Source: Octopus sinensis
Taxonomy: Eukaryota
Length of the DNA: 64,000 bases
Direction: 5' to 3'
Assembly (NCBI RefSeq): GCF_006345805.1
Contig: NC_042997.1
Coordinates: forward strand, 45,570,001 to 45,634,000
Each line of letters starts with the position of its first letter. Position 1 is the stretch's first letter. A model generated the notes under the pieces. It did not search any database, was not told the DNA's origin, and was given only the letters and a program-made list of their open reading frames with translations. Shown piece after piece: positions 13,843 to 26,339 of the stretch. A program made the position numbers and the translations under genes.

Positions 13843-14964
13843 TATACTATAAGCCCACGGACTCCAAGCAATATCTACCGTTCAACTTATGCCACCCCAG
13901 ACACACCAGAATGAATACCCCTTTCAACCTAGCAAAAAGGATATGTACTTTAGTTTCTAATACAAACACCAGAGACATACTACATGAACTAAACGATACA
14001 CTCATCACCAGGAACTACCCACCTTCACTAATTGACATATACTTTCAATGTGCCCTTCAACTGAACATCCACGAACTTAGACATCCCAAATTAAAGAAGG
14101 ATTTACAACTAAAAGCCCTACGATACATCTCCACACACAACCCTCTTAACAATGAAGCCTTCGACACCATCCTTCAAAACATTTCTCTGCTAAAAAAGGA
14201 CCAGAGAATAAAATTAATCCTCTAAACACATACCATCCTAAAAAAGCAAGTGACAACCCAAATCTATGAAAAGTCTCCTAACACAAGCCCGAATACGCTC
14301 GCCAACAACACAGAAGCCGTCAGTAAAAAAAAAAATTGCGGAAAATTCATCTGTGGGATATGTGTCAATTTAATTGAGGGATCAGAGTTCTCCTCAAACA
14401 GGGACAAAGTTACACAGTGAAAAGCAGCTTCACATGTGCTTCGGAGAACCTGATATACACACTAACCTGTTCTGGGTGTCAAGAGCAATACATAGGCCAA
14501 ACAAAAAACACTCTACATCAAAGGATGGCTCTGCACAGATCCCAGACCAGAATTCCCCAAAACAGAAAAACAGCATTCAGCCAACACATCGATATTTGCG
14601 CCAATAATAAAAATCCAAACTTCAGAATTTTCCCCTCTATCAATTCAGAGACGATACAACCTATAGCCAACGAATTAGTGAAGAGACTCTCTTTATTACA
14701 AAATACAGGCCTCTTTTAAACGCATCTACAACAAACGACATATCCACCACGGCCTTAGAATAACACAAACACACTCGCAAATATTAAAAATGATACACTC
14801 AAGAGAATTCATTAAAAAACAGTCCCAATCACTGCCACAAGAGTAAACAAGAGAGACAGAAATAGGCAGAAACAAGGAAATTGCCCCTTGTATGTGAATG
14901 CTATGCAAATATTCTTTTAAAAAACTTTTCTTTAATTTTTCCAAAATTTAATTGTTTTCCATAC

Positions 14965-15006
14965 TTACAGTTGAAAAAGTCTCAATGACTGAAACCGGTC
15001 CTGAAA
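14965..15006 (+). ncRNA. Degenerate hammerhead motif in the Penelope 3' pLTR
   Basis: ttacag-TTGAAAA-AGTC tcaat GACT-GAA-ACCGGT-C-ctg, about 250 nt downstream of the GIY-YIG ORF. Confidence 0.6.
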
Positions 15007-15799
15007 TGTTTTTTATAAAATTATTTTAGCATTTTCTACCTTGACTTTTTTTCCATATATAGCAACTCGTGTGTTCCTTTTGAACCTTCTACACACACAC
15101 ACACACACACACATACACACACACATATAATAATATCTGTACATTATACATCAATATATATGTGTGTTAATTTTTGTGTTTGTTCCCTGTGACTGATTGA
15201 CGACGGGTACTGGTTTGTTTACGTCCCCATAACTTAGCGGCAGAGAACCAATAGACTAAGTACCAAGTTTAAGAAAAAAAATAAGACTGGCGGTGATTTG
15301 TTCGACTAAACCCCCCCAAGACGGTGTCCCAACATGGCCAAAGTCTCATGACTGGAAAATATAAAAGATATAAGATATACCTTAAGTACATAGCAAGTGT
15401 ATGTATATTGATGGATTTAAGTTTATGCATTTGAGTATCTGCCTTCCTGTGTGCGCATGCACATGTGTGTGTGTGTTTTATATACACTTATGTAGTTTGT
15501 ATTCTGTCATTTGAATTTTGTTTCACCATCTCACTAAGATATTTATATATTGTTGTCCTTGTGGCCGATATACAGATCGTTATATTGGCAGGATCAGAAG
15601 CGTGAAGGCTAAATGCTTTTAGGTATTTTTCTCCTTTTACGCTCTGAGTTCGAATCCTACCGATGTGTACTTTGGATTCCACATTTCATCAAATAAAGTA
15701 CTGAAATTCATTACACATCTATCGTGCATCTGCATCTTAGATGAGAATAGATTTGGTGGCAGATAAGTCCTTTTCTAAAATATGTAGCCTAGCACCTAT

Positions 15800-15990
15800 A
15801 TTGGTTTCAAATTTTGGCATAAGGCCAGCAATTTCGGAGGAGGGGTGAGTCGATGACATCGAGCCCAATGCTCAACTGGTCCTTATTTCATCGACCCTGA
15901 AAGGGGATGAAAGGCAAAGTCTACCCCGACGGAATTTAAACTCAGAGCGTAAAGGCGAACGAAATGCCGCTAAGCATTTTCCTCGGCGTG
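15800..15990 (-). mobile_element. Meta-domain-like SINE fragment
   Basis: Reverse complement of gcctttcatcc...ggggtcgat..aa..a.gtaccag core. Confidence 0.8.
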
Positions 15991-16249
15991 ATTGTCGCTT
16001 TATTCTCTTTACTCTTACTCTTTTACTTGTTTCAGTCATTTGACTGTGGCCATGCTGGAGCACCGATATTAGAAATAATTATTATAAAAAGGAAAGTAGT
16101 TTGTTGGAATAGACGTCAAAGTGGTATGGGTTTATTTTACATCCTTCAAGTTTTTGAAGTCGTAGCTAACTCTAAATTTCATCTTTCTGACGTGAATGGA
16201 AGTTAAGTTTGACAAGGATCAATTTCATCGATTATATCCCTCCAAGCAA

Positions 16250-17560
16250 AATTCATAGCATTGAACAAATGACGACCGGATTAGCGAATTAGTTAAGCGG
16301 AAGTTGACAGGAATGGTAGTCAACAAATCAATGGTGGGTCTCATTGAAGACATCCATTAGGGGAAAATCGATAAGGTTTATTAAAGAAGTAGCAATAGAA
16401 AACAAAAGACTAAAGGAAGTCAACAGATTAGTGGAGGCCATTATTGTGGTTATCACGTCTGATGTGGTGCTAGCGGCGAAAAAGGCACTCGACTAGAATT
16501 TTTAGCGCCAAATATGAATGATGTCAGAACTATGGTGTCTACTTTTAGACGCAATGGTGTAAAAACTGTTCAATGGGTCTGCATGTTGTGATTGACAGAG
16601 TACGACGGGCGCGTGCTACTTGATTTCAAGCAGTTGTATATGGCTTTCCTATTGTACTTTGTCCAACTATTTGGGGGTTAGTAGTGAGGTGGAGATGGTG
16701 GGTTTAAGTTTTCCTCGACCTTCAGCCGCGATTATTGGCAAAATGGATAGATTACAAAGAAAAGACAAAAATAAAGCAACAAACAACAGGAATTGCGATA
16801 TGGCTGAGAGAGACTTATTGTATAAGGGGCAAAATCACATAGTTTCGATAGACGGCCCTCAGAGTTTTATTGGCGCGAACCATATTTGTCAGCCAGTCTG
16901 TTGTCAGATGTTTAATCCAAATAATAAAAATAAGAGGGGAAATGTTCTCAGTTGTATTTGATGGGAATTAGTGACACTGCATAGGACGCATACAATACGG
17001 ACATCGTCGACAATTTCTAACCTATTACTTTGGTGGATATGGAGTTTATTATTTTGTCCAAGGTGTTCGCGAAAAGGTTGGTTGTTTTGGTAGTAGTGCA
17101 GTCGGGAGTACGAATCCCAGCAAATCTGTCTTCAAAAATATTCATCTCATGTGGCGCCATATAGAAGGTAGGTAATGAATCTGTTTTCAATAAAGGTCTA
17201 GTCCATTTGAATCGATCCAAAACCTTCAATAGGCTAATCATCACTACCGGGCAACAGTCTTCTGGTTCGAGTAAATTTCTTCGTATCTGGACCACTTTCA
17301 ATCATATGAGCAGTCCGAAAAGGATGTATCATTTCATCTCTCCTGTACAATTTTGGCTGAGAAAGTTTTAGGCATCGAGAATTAATCCCACTCGAATAGG
17401 GACGCGAGAATGCTTTTCCAGCATAATGGAATGACATTACTTTGACGGTTTCGGATAGCTTAAAAATGAAAGCGACCAGAATAGTACTGAAAGTATATGA
17501 AGTGGTAACGAGAACTCGAATCAATCAAGACAATCTTGGAACCTGGTGAGATAAGTATAC
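16250..17560 (-). mobile_element. Highly degenerate LINE remnant (CR1/Jockey-like)
   Basis: Only scattered motifs visible (LDKVQ..KAI near 16620-16670). Confidence 0.35.
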
Positions 17561-17862
17561 GCCGACCAGTGAGATGGGTCGCATCCATGCATGGAAATAT
17601 CATTATTTCCTCTTGATATTGGTTGTGATTTACACTTTCTCATACTTACAAGATGTCTTCAGTCTTCCCGTTAAAATCACATGACACGAACGAGAGATCA
17701 CAACTGCTCAACCAAATAAGTATGTTCCGTATACTATTACGCCATAGCTTAGGTCTGTTGTAAGATGTTTTCATTTCAAAATGGCTCACTAACAAAACAA
17801 GTGATTTAGAACGTACGGAAAATTTTAGTTTAAGTCAATTAGTTTCAGCTCACTGAATTACA

Positions 17863-18097
17863 GTATGTATGTATGTATGTATGTATGTATGTATGTATGT
17901 ATGTATGTGTATGTATGTATGTATGTATGTAGTATGTATGTATGTATGTATGTATGTATGTATGTATGTATGTATGTATGATGATGTATGTAGGTGTATG
18001 TATGTATGTATGTATGTAGTATGTATGTATGTATGTATGTATGTATGTATGTTGTATGTATGTATGTATGTATGTATGTGTGTGTGTGTGTGTGTGT

Positions 18098-18134
<37 letters not shown>

Positions 18135-18247
18135 ATGTATGTATGTATGTATGTATGTATGTATGAATATTGATGCATATTTATACATATGGATATATAT
18201 ATATATATAAACATATATATACCAATACCCACTTTTTTATAAATGTA

Positions 18248-18293
<46 letters not shown>

Positions 18294-19037
18294 TATAATA
18301 TATACATGCATACGTATACAATAAATGTATACATACATATACCTGCATGCATACATACATACATACTTACATACATACATACACACATACATACATACAT
18401 ACATACAGATAGACAGACAGATAGACATATGCACACACAATCACGTATATACGTTCATGTGTATATAGAAGTGTATATATATATATGTGTGTGTGTGTAT
18501 AATATACAAGCATATGTATACTATGAATGTATACATACGTAAACACGCATACATGCATACATTCATACATACATACATACATACATACATACATACATAC
18601 ATACAGATAGATATATACACACACAATCACGTATATACGTTCATGTGTATCTAGGAGTATTACAGTTTAAATAGAGCATTGTTAGTTAAAATTGTTTTAG
18701 AAAACTAGTACAATGCATGTGGGAAATAAAGCAGCGAAAACTGAAGGAATGTTAAAACAAAAGCAACCGTTTACACGTTTATGTAAACCGTTTTAGCGTT
18801 TTAGATTTCTTCGGTTTTCAAGCCTTTATTTCCCATTTGCATTGTCTTGCCTTTCCAAAACAATGACAGCATGTGTGCATGCATGTCGATATGTATGCGT
18901 GTGCGTGTGTGTGTGTGTGTGTGTGGTGTGTGTGTGTGTGTTGTGTGTGTGTGTGTGTGTGGTGAGTGTGTGTGTGTGTGTGTGTATGTGTGTGTCTATG
19001 CGTTCGTGTGCGTGTGCGTATACATAATTATATATAC

Positions 19038-19071
<34 letters not shown>

Positions 19072-19135
19072 GTGTGTAATATATATATGTATATATATAT
19101 ACATATATATATACACACGTATATATAATATATAT

Positions 19136-19166
<31 letters not shown>

Positions 19167-19202
19167 CGGTGTATATATATAATATATATATATATACGTG
19201 TG

Positions 19203-19247
<45 letters not shown>

Positions 19248-19306
19248 GTGTGTATATATATATGTATATATATATATAATATTATATATATAACGTGTGT
19301 ATAATA

Positions 19307-19355
<49 letters not shown>

Positions 19356-19560
19356 TATATATATATACGTGTGTATATATATATATGTGTATATATATAA
19401 TATACATGTATGTATATGGATATATATATATGTATATATATGTATATGTCTGGTATATATACATATACATATATGTATGCACATACAACCATACATATAC
19501 TCAAAATTATGCATAGATATATCCGTCTATCATTTATGCATACATACGCACTCACATATA
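17863..19560. repeat. Compound (TATG)n/(TG)n/(TA)n microsatellite block
   Basis: Direct inspection; source of many YIHT/MYVC pseudo-ORFs. Confidence 0.95.
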
Positions 19561-20090
19561 CGTATGTGTGTGTGAACATCTGTATATATATATACACACA
19601 TACATACATAATTTTACATTCATATATGTATAAATACATGTATATATATATGAATTTATATTCATATACAAATAAGTGCTTATATATATATATATGCGCG
19701 CGCACATTTACGCATATTTCTGGTGCATTGACTGTACTTCGTTCCAAAGCTATGCAATACTGTAGAATATATGTATAGATCTTAGCCATGACTATATATA
19801 GTCAGCCGTAAACATTTTATCTTTACATTCGGCTGATTAATGTTTTCCTTTCTCTGTAGATACAGATATACACTTATCTGCATACATGCATTTTTATACA
19901 TAGATAAACACACTCACACACAGATGTATGATGATGTATGCCTATGTGTATATGTTTGTGTGTATGCATGTATATATACACACACACACAACACACACAC
20001 AACACACACACAACACACACACACACACACACATATATATAATATAATATATATATATATAGATATATATATATATTATATATATATATA

Positions 20091-20298
20091 GTTAATCCAA
20101 AGAAGAAAACACAAAAAAAAAACAAAACACAACAACGCGAGGACGTGGAACAAATAAAGTTTATTGGACGCTCAGGAAGAAGGGAAGAAGGAGGGTTTAA
20201 CGTTTCGAGCGGAGCTCTTCGTCGGAAACATAGGAGAAGGAAAGATCCAGAGAAGGAAGACAGAGGAAAAAAATCGCCAGCGGTACTCACGAGGTCAC
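20091..20298 (-). mobile_element. About 205-bp non-coding HHR-bearing element (retrozyme / non-autonomous PLE-like), copy 1
   Basis: Flanked by (TA)n; near-identical to 43763-43966 and 47100-47301; HHR gttt-CCGACGA-a-GAGC tcc GCTC-GAA-ACGT-T-aaac on minus strand at about 20195-20229. Confidence 0.8.
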
Positions 20299-20353
<55 letters not shown>

Positions 20354-20429
20354 GCATATATATACATACACACACATATCCGTGCATATATACATATATA
20401 TGGCATACATATATATTGTATACACGCAT

Positions 20430-20489
<60 letters not shown>

Positions 20490-20738
20490 TCTCGTCTTTT
20501 TTCGTCCTTGTTTTCGTATATATTCGCTGCTTTCTTCCAGGAATCTAACGCTCTTTTCCTCGGGACTGGCCAGATTGGAGCAATCTCGAGTATAAGCAGT
20601 CGAAATTGCAAAGAATTCAACTGATGACAGGAAACTCCGAATGAGCCGTCCTTTTTTTCTTTGTATCGTCTACCTGGATGATTTTTGTCCCTTTTTTGTA
20701 TCACCTGTGTGGATGTTTTGCGTTCTTGTACCATTTTG

Positions 20739-20781
<43 letters not shown>

Positions 20782-21696
20782 TGCATGTATGTATGGGAAA
20801 GTCACTATGTGGTTTTCCATCACGTTAAAAATGAGAGTTAAATCTCAAACATAGTGCCAAATTAAGAATGGCTTTTTCGTGGTTTGAGATTTAACTCCCA
20901 TTTCTAACGTGACAGAAAACCACTTTGTGGCTTTCCCTAAATCTATAACTCTCACACATACATATAATGTAATAATATTTACAGTCTACAGACATTTTTT
21001 CTCACGTTAGCCACTGGTAAAAAATTAATATTTAATTTTTACCTTATATTTAAAATTTATCAATATATCTGTGTGTGTGTGCGTGTGTTTGTGTGTGCGT
21101 TTGTGTATTTGTGTATGCATTTGTTTCCACAGCATCGCTTGACAACAGATGTTGGTTTGTTTACATTCCTGTAAACTAGCGGTTCGGCAAAATAGACCGA
21201 TAGAATACGTACTAGGCTTACAAAGAATAAATCCAGGGGTCGATTTATTTGACTAAAGGCGGTATTCCAGCATGGCCGCAGTCAAATGACTAAGACAAGT
21301 AAAAGATATATATATAAGAGAGTATGTATGTGTGTGTGCGCATGTTCCTTATGCATTCCAAAACCGAGTTGCCGTTTTTGACTCATGGGATATCAAAAGA
21401 TCCAGTAAGCTTTTGTCTACTAACTATTTTCATTTACTTATCTGCATTGCAAAAATTTAAGATTATCATTTTTCTTTTAATCATCTATTGTAAACGACAT
21501 CTTTTACCACAACGAGGATGACGTCACATTTTCTATGTGTTCGCGCGTTAGTTACATACGTTAGGCTGATGACTGACAAGTATATGTGTCTGTCAGTATA
21601 CATACATTTTTTGTGACGACTGACACACACATACACAGACACACACACACACACACATCTAAAGACAGAGACAGACACACACAGGGACAGAGATAT

Positions 21697-21917
21697 GTTT
21701 CTTTATTACCCACAAGGGGCTACACACAGAGGGGACAAACAAAGACAGACAAACGAATTAAGTCGATTAAATCGACCCCAGTGCGTAACTGGTACTTGAT
21801 TTATTGACCCCGAAAGGATGAAAGGCAAAGTCGACCTCGGCGGAATTTGAACTCAGAACGTAATGGCAAACGAAATACGGCTACGCATTTCGCCCAGCGT
21901 GCTAACGTTTCTGCCAG
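21697..21917 (-). mobile_element. Meta-domain-like tRNA-SINE
   Basis: Reverse complement of ctggcagaaacgttagcacgc...gaggtcgactttgcctttcatcctttcggggtc; also at 23085-23296, 32650-32793, 37645-37832 (+) and 48160-48300. Confidence 0.85.
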
Positions 21918-22716
21918 ACAGAGATAGGCTTCAGGTGTACGTTAATGTACATGCGTGTGTGTCTCTTAGTTTATTATGTAACTTCCTCTCCACCAACAGT
22001 GAAACGCGCCGATATTGAAAGTTACTTGCGGCCTGGACTTCAAACAAACAACAACGCTCACTTTCAAGTACTACCAACATGAAGATTCGGCTGATTTAAC
22101 ACCACTCATAATACTCGCAAATATATCTGAAAAAAATATATCATTCTGGTTATTATAACAAATTCGGTTAAACTTGGTCAAGTAGAAAGCCACAGCGGCT
22201 CTTTCAGTATAATTACAGAAATGTTATTCCACTCCTAACCAGTTTCAAGATAATGTTTTTAACAGTCCTTATATTCTTCATCACTGTGAGTATCAACGTC
22301 ACACAACCTTTTTACTGCGTTAGTCAGTATTTATTCTACAGCCGATAATGTTACACAGTTCAAAAACAACGTCTTCCTTTTTATGCACTTAGTTCAGCGT
22401 TCTTTTCAAAATTGCAAAATGAATGTTTTTGCATGAAAAATTAAATTATGCCTTCTGAATTTTCTTGGATTTTCACTTTCTTCACCGTGACATTCACTCA
22501 ATCGTGAATTTTAATGACGTTTAGTACATGTTCCAAATAAATGCTGACTTTCTGTACTTTCTTACATTACTTTTGCTAATTTGGTGACTTTCCATTTCTC
22601 TATAGCATAATTATGCTACATAAACTATGCTTTGCACCAATATTGACTACATTTCGTTTCGCTTGAACTATGTGTGTGTACGTTTTGCTGTTTTCAATAT
22701 TATCAATGTGTGTGTA

Positions 22717-22757
<41 letters not shown>

Positions 22758-22799
22758 GTGTGTTTCTGCGTTCGTTATGTCCATAGCAAACTATAGTAG

Positions 22800-23050
22800 A
22801 GAACATTTTACGCTGTTTTAATGGGCCCACATCTAATGAAGTAGCCATCCTTATGGTTGGTGATCCCATTGAAAATCATGTTATTCTCATTCGTGTTTCA
22901 CAGACTCATCCCTCTTATGATGCTCTCCAGTATACTCTTATTCTGTGTAATGGACAAGGTGGATATTATTTCAACATCCCTCGGATTGAACCTGCAACAG
23001 GATAGCCAATTACAAACAAAAGGATGTCGTCAAATGACTTCTATTATTAC
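22800..23050 (+). pseudogene. Helitron Rep/helicase fragment
   Basis: Translates as RCFNGPTSNEVAILMVGDP...THPSYDALQYTLILCNGQGGY, resembling the RepHel N.PT..EVA / H.SYDALQYPL motifs. Confidence 0.7.
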
Positions 23051-23084
23051 CAACTAATGTTAAGAGCAGAACAATCAAATCCTT

Positions 23085-23296
23085 TCTACTATAGGCACAA
23101 GGCCTGAAATTTTGGGAGAGGGAACCAGTCGATTACATCGACCCCAGTGTCTCACTGGTATTTAATTTATCGACCCCGAAAAGACGAAAGGCAAAGTTGA
23201 GCCCGGTGGCATTTGAAGTCAGAACGTAAAGGCAGGCGAAATACCGTTCAAGCATTTTGCCCGGCATACTAACGATTTTACCAGCTCACCGCCTTC
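23085..23296 (-). mobile_element. Meta-domain-like tRNA-SINE
   Basis: Homologous to 21697-21917. Confidence 0.85.
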
Positions 23297-25136
23297 CAGA
23301 ACAATCAAATCAATTACACATGTCAAATAACCTTTGTTTTCATTTACATATTTTCTACGTTATCTCAATAACCAGCCATACTTATTCCAAATACACTTCT
23401 CCGCAATGACCAGGTTTCATTATAAAACAAAAATAGTTTCACACTCTCAATTTGAAGCAAAATTACAGTGTTACATTTAGAGAGTGACGATGTGTGAATA
23501 ATGAAAGTAATGATTCTCCGAATTAGTCACATGTATATTATAATAAAGAATGCTGCTTACCTATGCTTTTGACTCAACAAATCTTTTTTATAACTAAAAT
23601 AACCTCGGCAACTAGGTTGGGTCACACAGTTTTGAGGTCATTTTCGGACAATATTTTGATTTGCTTCTAATGTATCACTTTCGACCGATGTTTCGCACGT
23701 GCGTAGAATTCTACTCAGACAAACATTTATGAAAATGTACGCATAAATATTGTATTAAAATAAGCCACAACAAAAAAAAATTGCATTAAAAGACATCCAT
23801 TTCTCTATATGTTATGAGGAAATACATCCTCACTCTCTCTCTCTCGCTTTCTCTCACGCACAAAAAAGATGTATGCATACGTATTCATGGGCGAAGGTCA
23901 AGAATATGCACTCTCGGTGTTAGAGGTTACGGTTACACCGAAAACGTGTAGTGTGCGTATTCTTTACCTCTGCCCATTTATGTACGTGTATATGAAAGAT
24001 AATGTGTGTGTCTGAGAAGGAGAGCAAGTGAGTGCCACTTGCACGTACATGCAAAAAATTTCATACACACACCTTCGTTCACTTTCTCTCTTTCTTTCTC
24101 TCTCTCACACACATGTCCATTTCCTATACATGTACATCTTACATTTTCTCTTCTATTTTACTTTCTCCTCTCACTTCAAAGCAAATGTCGCCTTTTCACT
24201 TTATCCTCTCTTTCAATTTCTACTCTCTTCAAAGCATACAGAAATTAAAACAATTTTACGGAAATTAACAAACAATCATATGATCCTATACATGTCGAGT
24301 TGACAACTTTGCTTCTTCAAATGATAGAATGCCATAAAATAACTTCCTTTGAGACACACACATGCATACACGCACTTAAGGTAAAACTTCCGCGCGAATT
24401 ATGTTAATTCTTTCAGTGTACACCTGCAAATTTACTGCTCAAACCCAATTGAAATTATCTTTTTCTATTGTTTAATTTGTGTTTGTGATGGGCGTATTTA
24501 AAACCCTGATCTTCGATATAAACTTCAAAGGAAGTTTTCCCAGAAATCCCGTCCTTTATCCGTTCTCTCTAGCATGTCCAAGGTGACATTTCCGTCCCCC
24601 ACCCCACTTTTTTTTCCTAAATTTCTTCCGATTCCCATGTATGCGATATAGGAAATTACGATTTCACCCACAAAACACGTTCTCAATAATTTAATTTTCT
24701 CCCTCTTCACACCAAATCCATCTTTTGCGTTTTTCAAATTTTTGTTCTTGGTAATCCATGGAGAAAAAACAGACTACGAATCTTTAAGCATTTTACCCAC
24801 CACTTCATCATTTTCAAAAAGCTACAAACTCCCAATACTTCACTTTTAGCTTTTGAAAAGCAGAGAAGTTTCTTCAGAAGTAATGTCGTTTACCTGTTGT
24901 TTCTAGCATGTCGTGTTTTCTGCTGGTGGTGTGGTATTTTTTAAGTCTACTATTTCAGTAGAATTCTACGCATGCAGGAAACATCAGACCAAAGTGAAAG
25001 ATTGGGAGATTTTAGTTTTTTGAAAACTGGTAGTTGAAGGGGTATTGAGTGTTTCCGTAAGAAAAATTAAACTATGATATATATATATATATATATATAT
25101 ACATACATAAATATATATATATATATATACATACAT

Positions 25137-25269
<133 letters not shown>

Positions 25270-25339
25270 CATAAATATATATAATATAATATATATATAT
25301 TATATATATATATATACATATATATACATATATATATAT

Positions 25340-25685
25340 ATCCCAGATTCGTAATCTCTTTTTTTTCTACAGATTTTAAAATTGTAAAAAGTTACAAATT
25401 AAGAAATTACGGTGGGGATAGAGGGGAAATTAAAATTTGGAAAACGTGATTTCTGGACAAAATCGTATTAACCCCCTTTTATACGATGAAACAATACATA
25501 GTTTCTGATCCTTCTTAAGAACAGAAAACACATTCATGCAAACCCATGGAAATTGTACACTCGCCTTTCACTATTTAACAAAAAATAACTTCCATTATTC
25601 CACGATTCTGCCCATAACAAAGGAGCAAATAATACAATGTGCTTGTAGGTCATAACACCCGGGTAATGTTGGGATTCATTGCTAG
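25340..25685 (+). mobile_element. Helitron 3' terminal region
   Basis: cccgggtaatgttggg hairpin-like motif followed by gCTAG|t at 25682-25685; 5' boundary not determined. Confidence 0.55.
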
Positions 25686-25763
25686 TGTATGTATGTATGT
25701 ATGTATGTATGTATGTATGTATGTATGTATGTATGTATGTATGTATGTATGTATGTATGTATG

Positions 25764-25797
<34 letters not shown>

Positions 25798-25827
25798 TGC
25801 ATATATATATATATATATATATATATA

Positions 25828-25992
25828 GGCGCAGGAGTGGCTGTGTGGTATGTAGCTTGCTAACCAAAACTACATGGTTGCGGATTCAGTCCCACTGCGT
25901 GGCATCTTGGCAAGTGTCTTCTGCTATAGCCCCGGGCCGACCAATGCTTTGTGAGTGGATTTAGTAGACGGAAACTGAAAGGAGCTGTCGTA

Positions 25993-26051
<59 letters not shown>

Positions 26052-26266
26052 TGTGTGTGTGTTTGTGTGTTTGTTCCCCTAGCATTGCTTGACAACCGAT
26101 GCTGGTGTGTTTACGTCCCCGTCACTTAGCAGTTCGGCAAAAGAGACCGATAGAATAAGTACTGGGCTTACAAAGAATAAGTCCCGGGGTCGATTTGCTC
26201 GACTAAAGGCGGTGCTCCAGCATGGCCGCAGTCAAATGACTGAAAAACAAGTAAAGAGTAAAAGAG

Positions 26267-26267
<1 letters not shown>
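25828..26267 (+). mobile_element. CORE-type tRNA-SINE, full length
   Basis: Head ggcgcaggagtggctgtgtgg with A/B-box-like motifs, CORE-like ttggcaagtgtctt, central (TA)n(TG)n, and tail ccagcatggccgcagtcaaatgactgaaa...(taaaagag)n. Confidence 0.9.
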
Positions 26268-26302
<35 letters not shown>

Positions 26303-26339
26303 TATATATATATATATAAGTTAAGAATGTAGTTAAACG

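Larger units (their letters stand above)
10440..14719 (+). mobile_element. Penelope-like retroelement remnant (RT + GIY-YIG endonuclease), split by a Helitron
   Basis: RYLDDCFILW...IQFTIEYS..LPFYDILI..ETDI (to 10673) resumes as YYKPTDSKQYLPF..CHPRHT..N.PFNLAKRIC (from 13843). GIY-YIG-type NLIYTLTCSGCQEQYIGQTKNTLHQRM in ORF 14417-14719. Confidence 0.9.
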
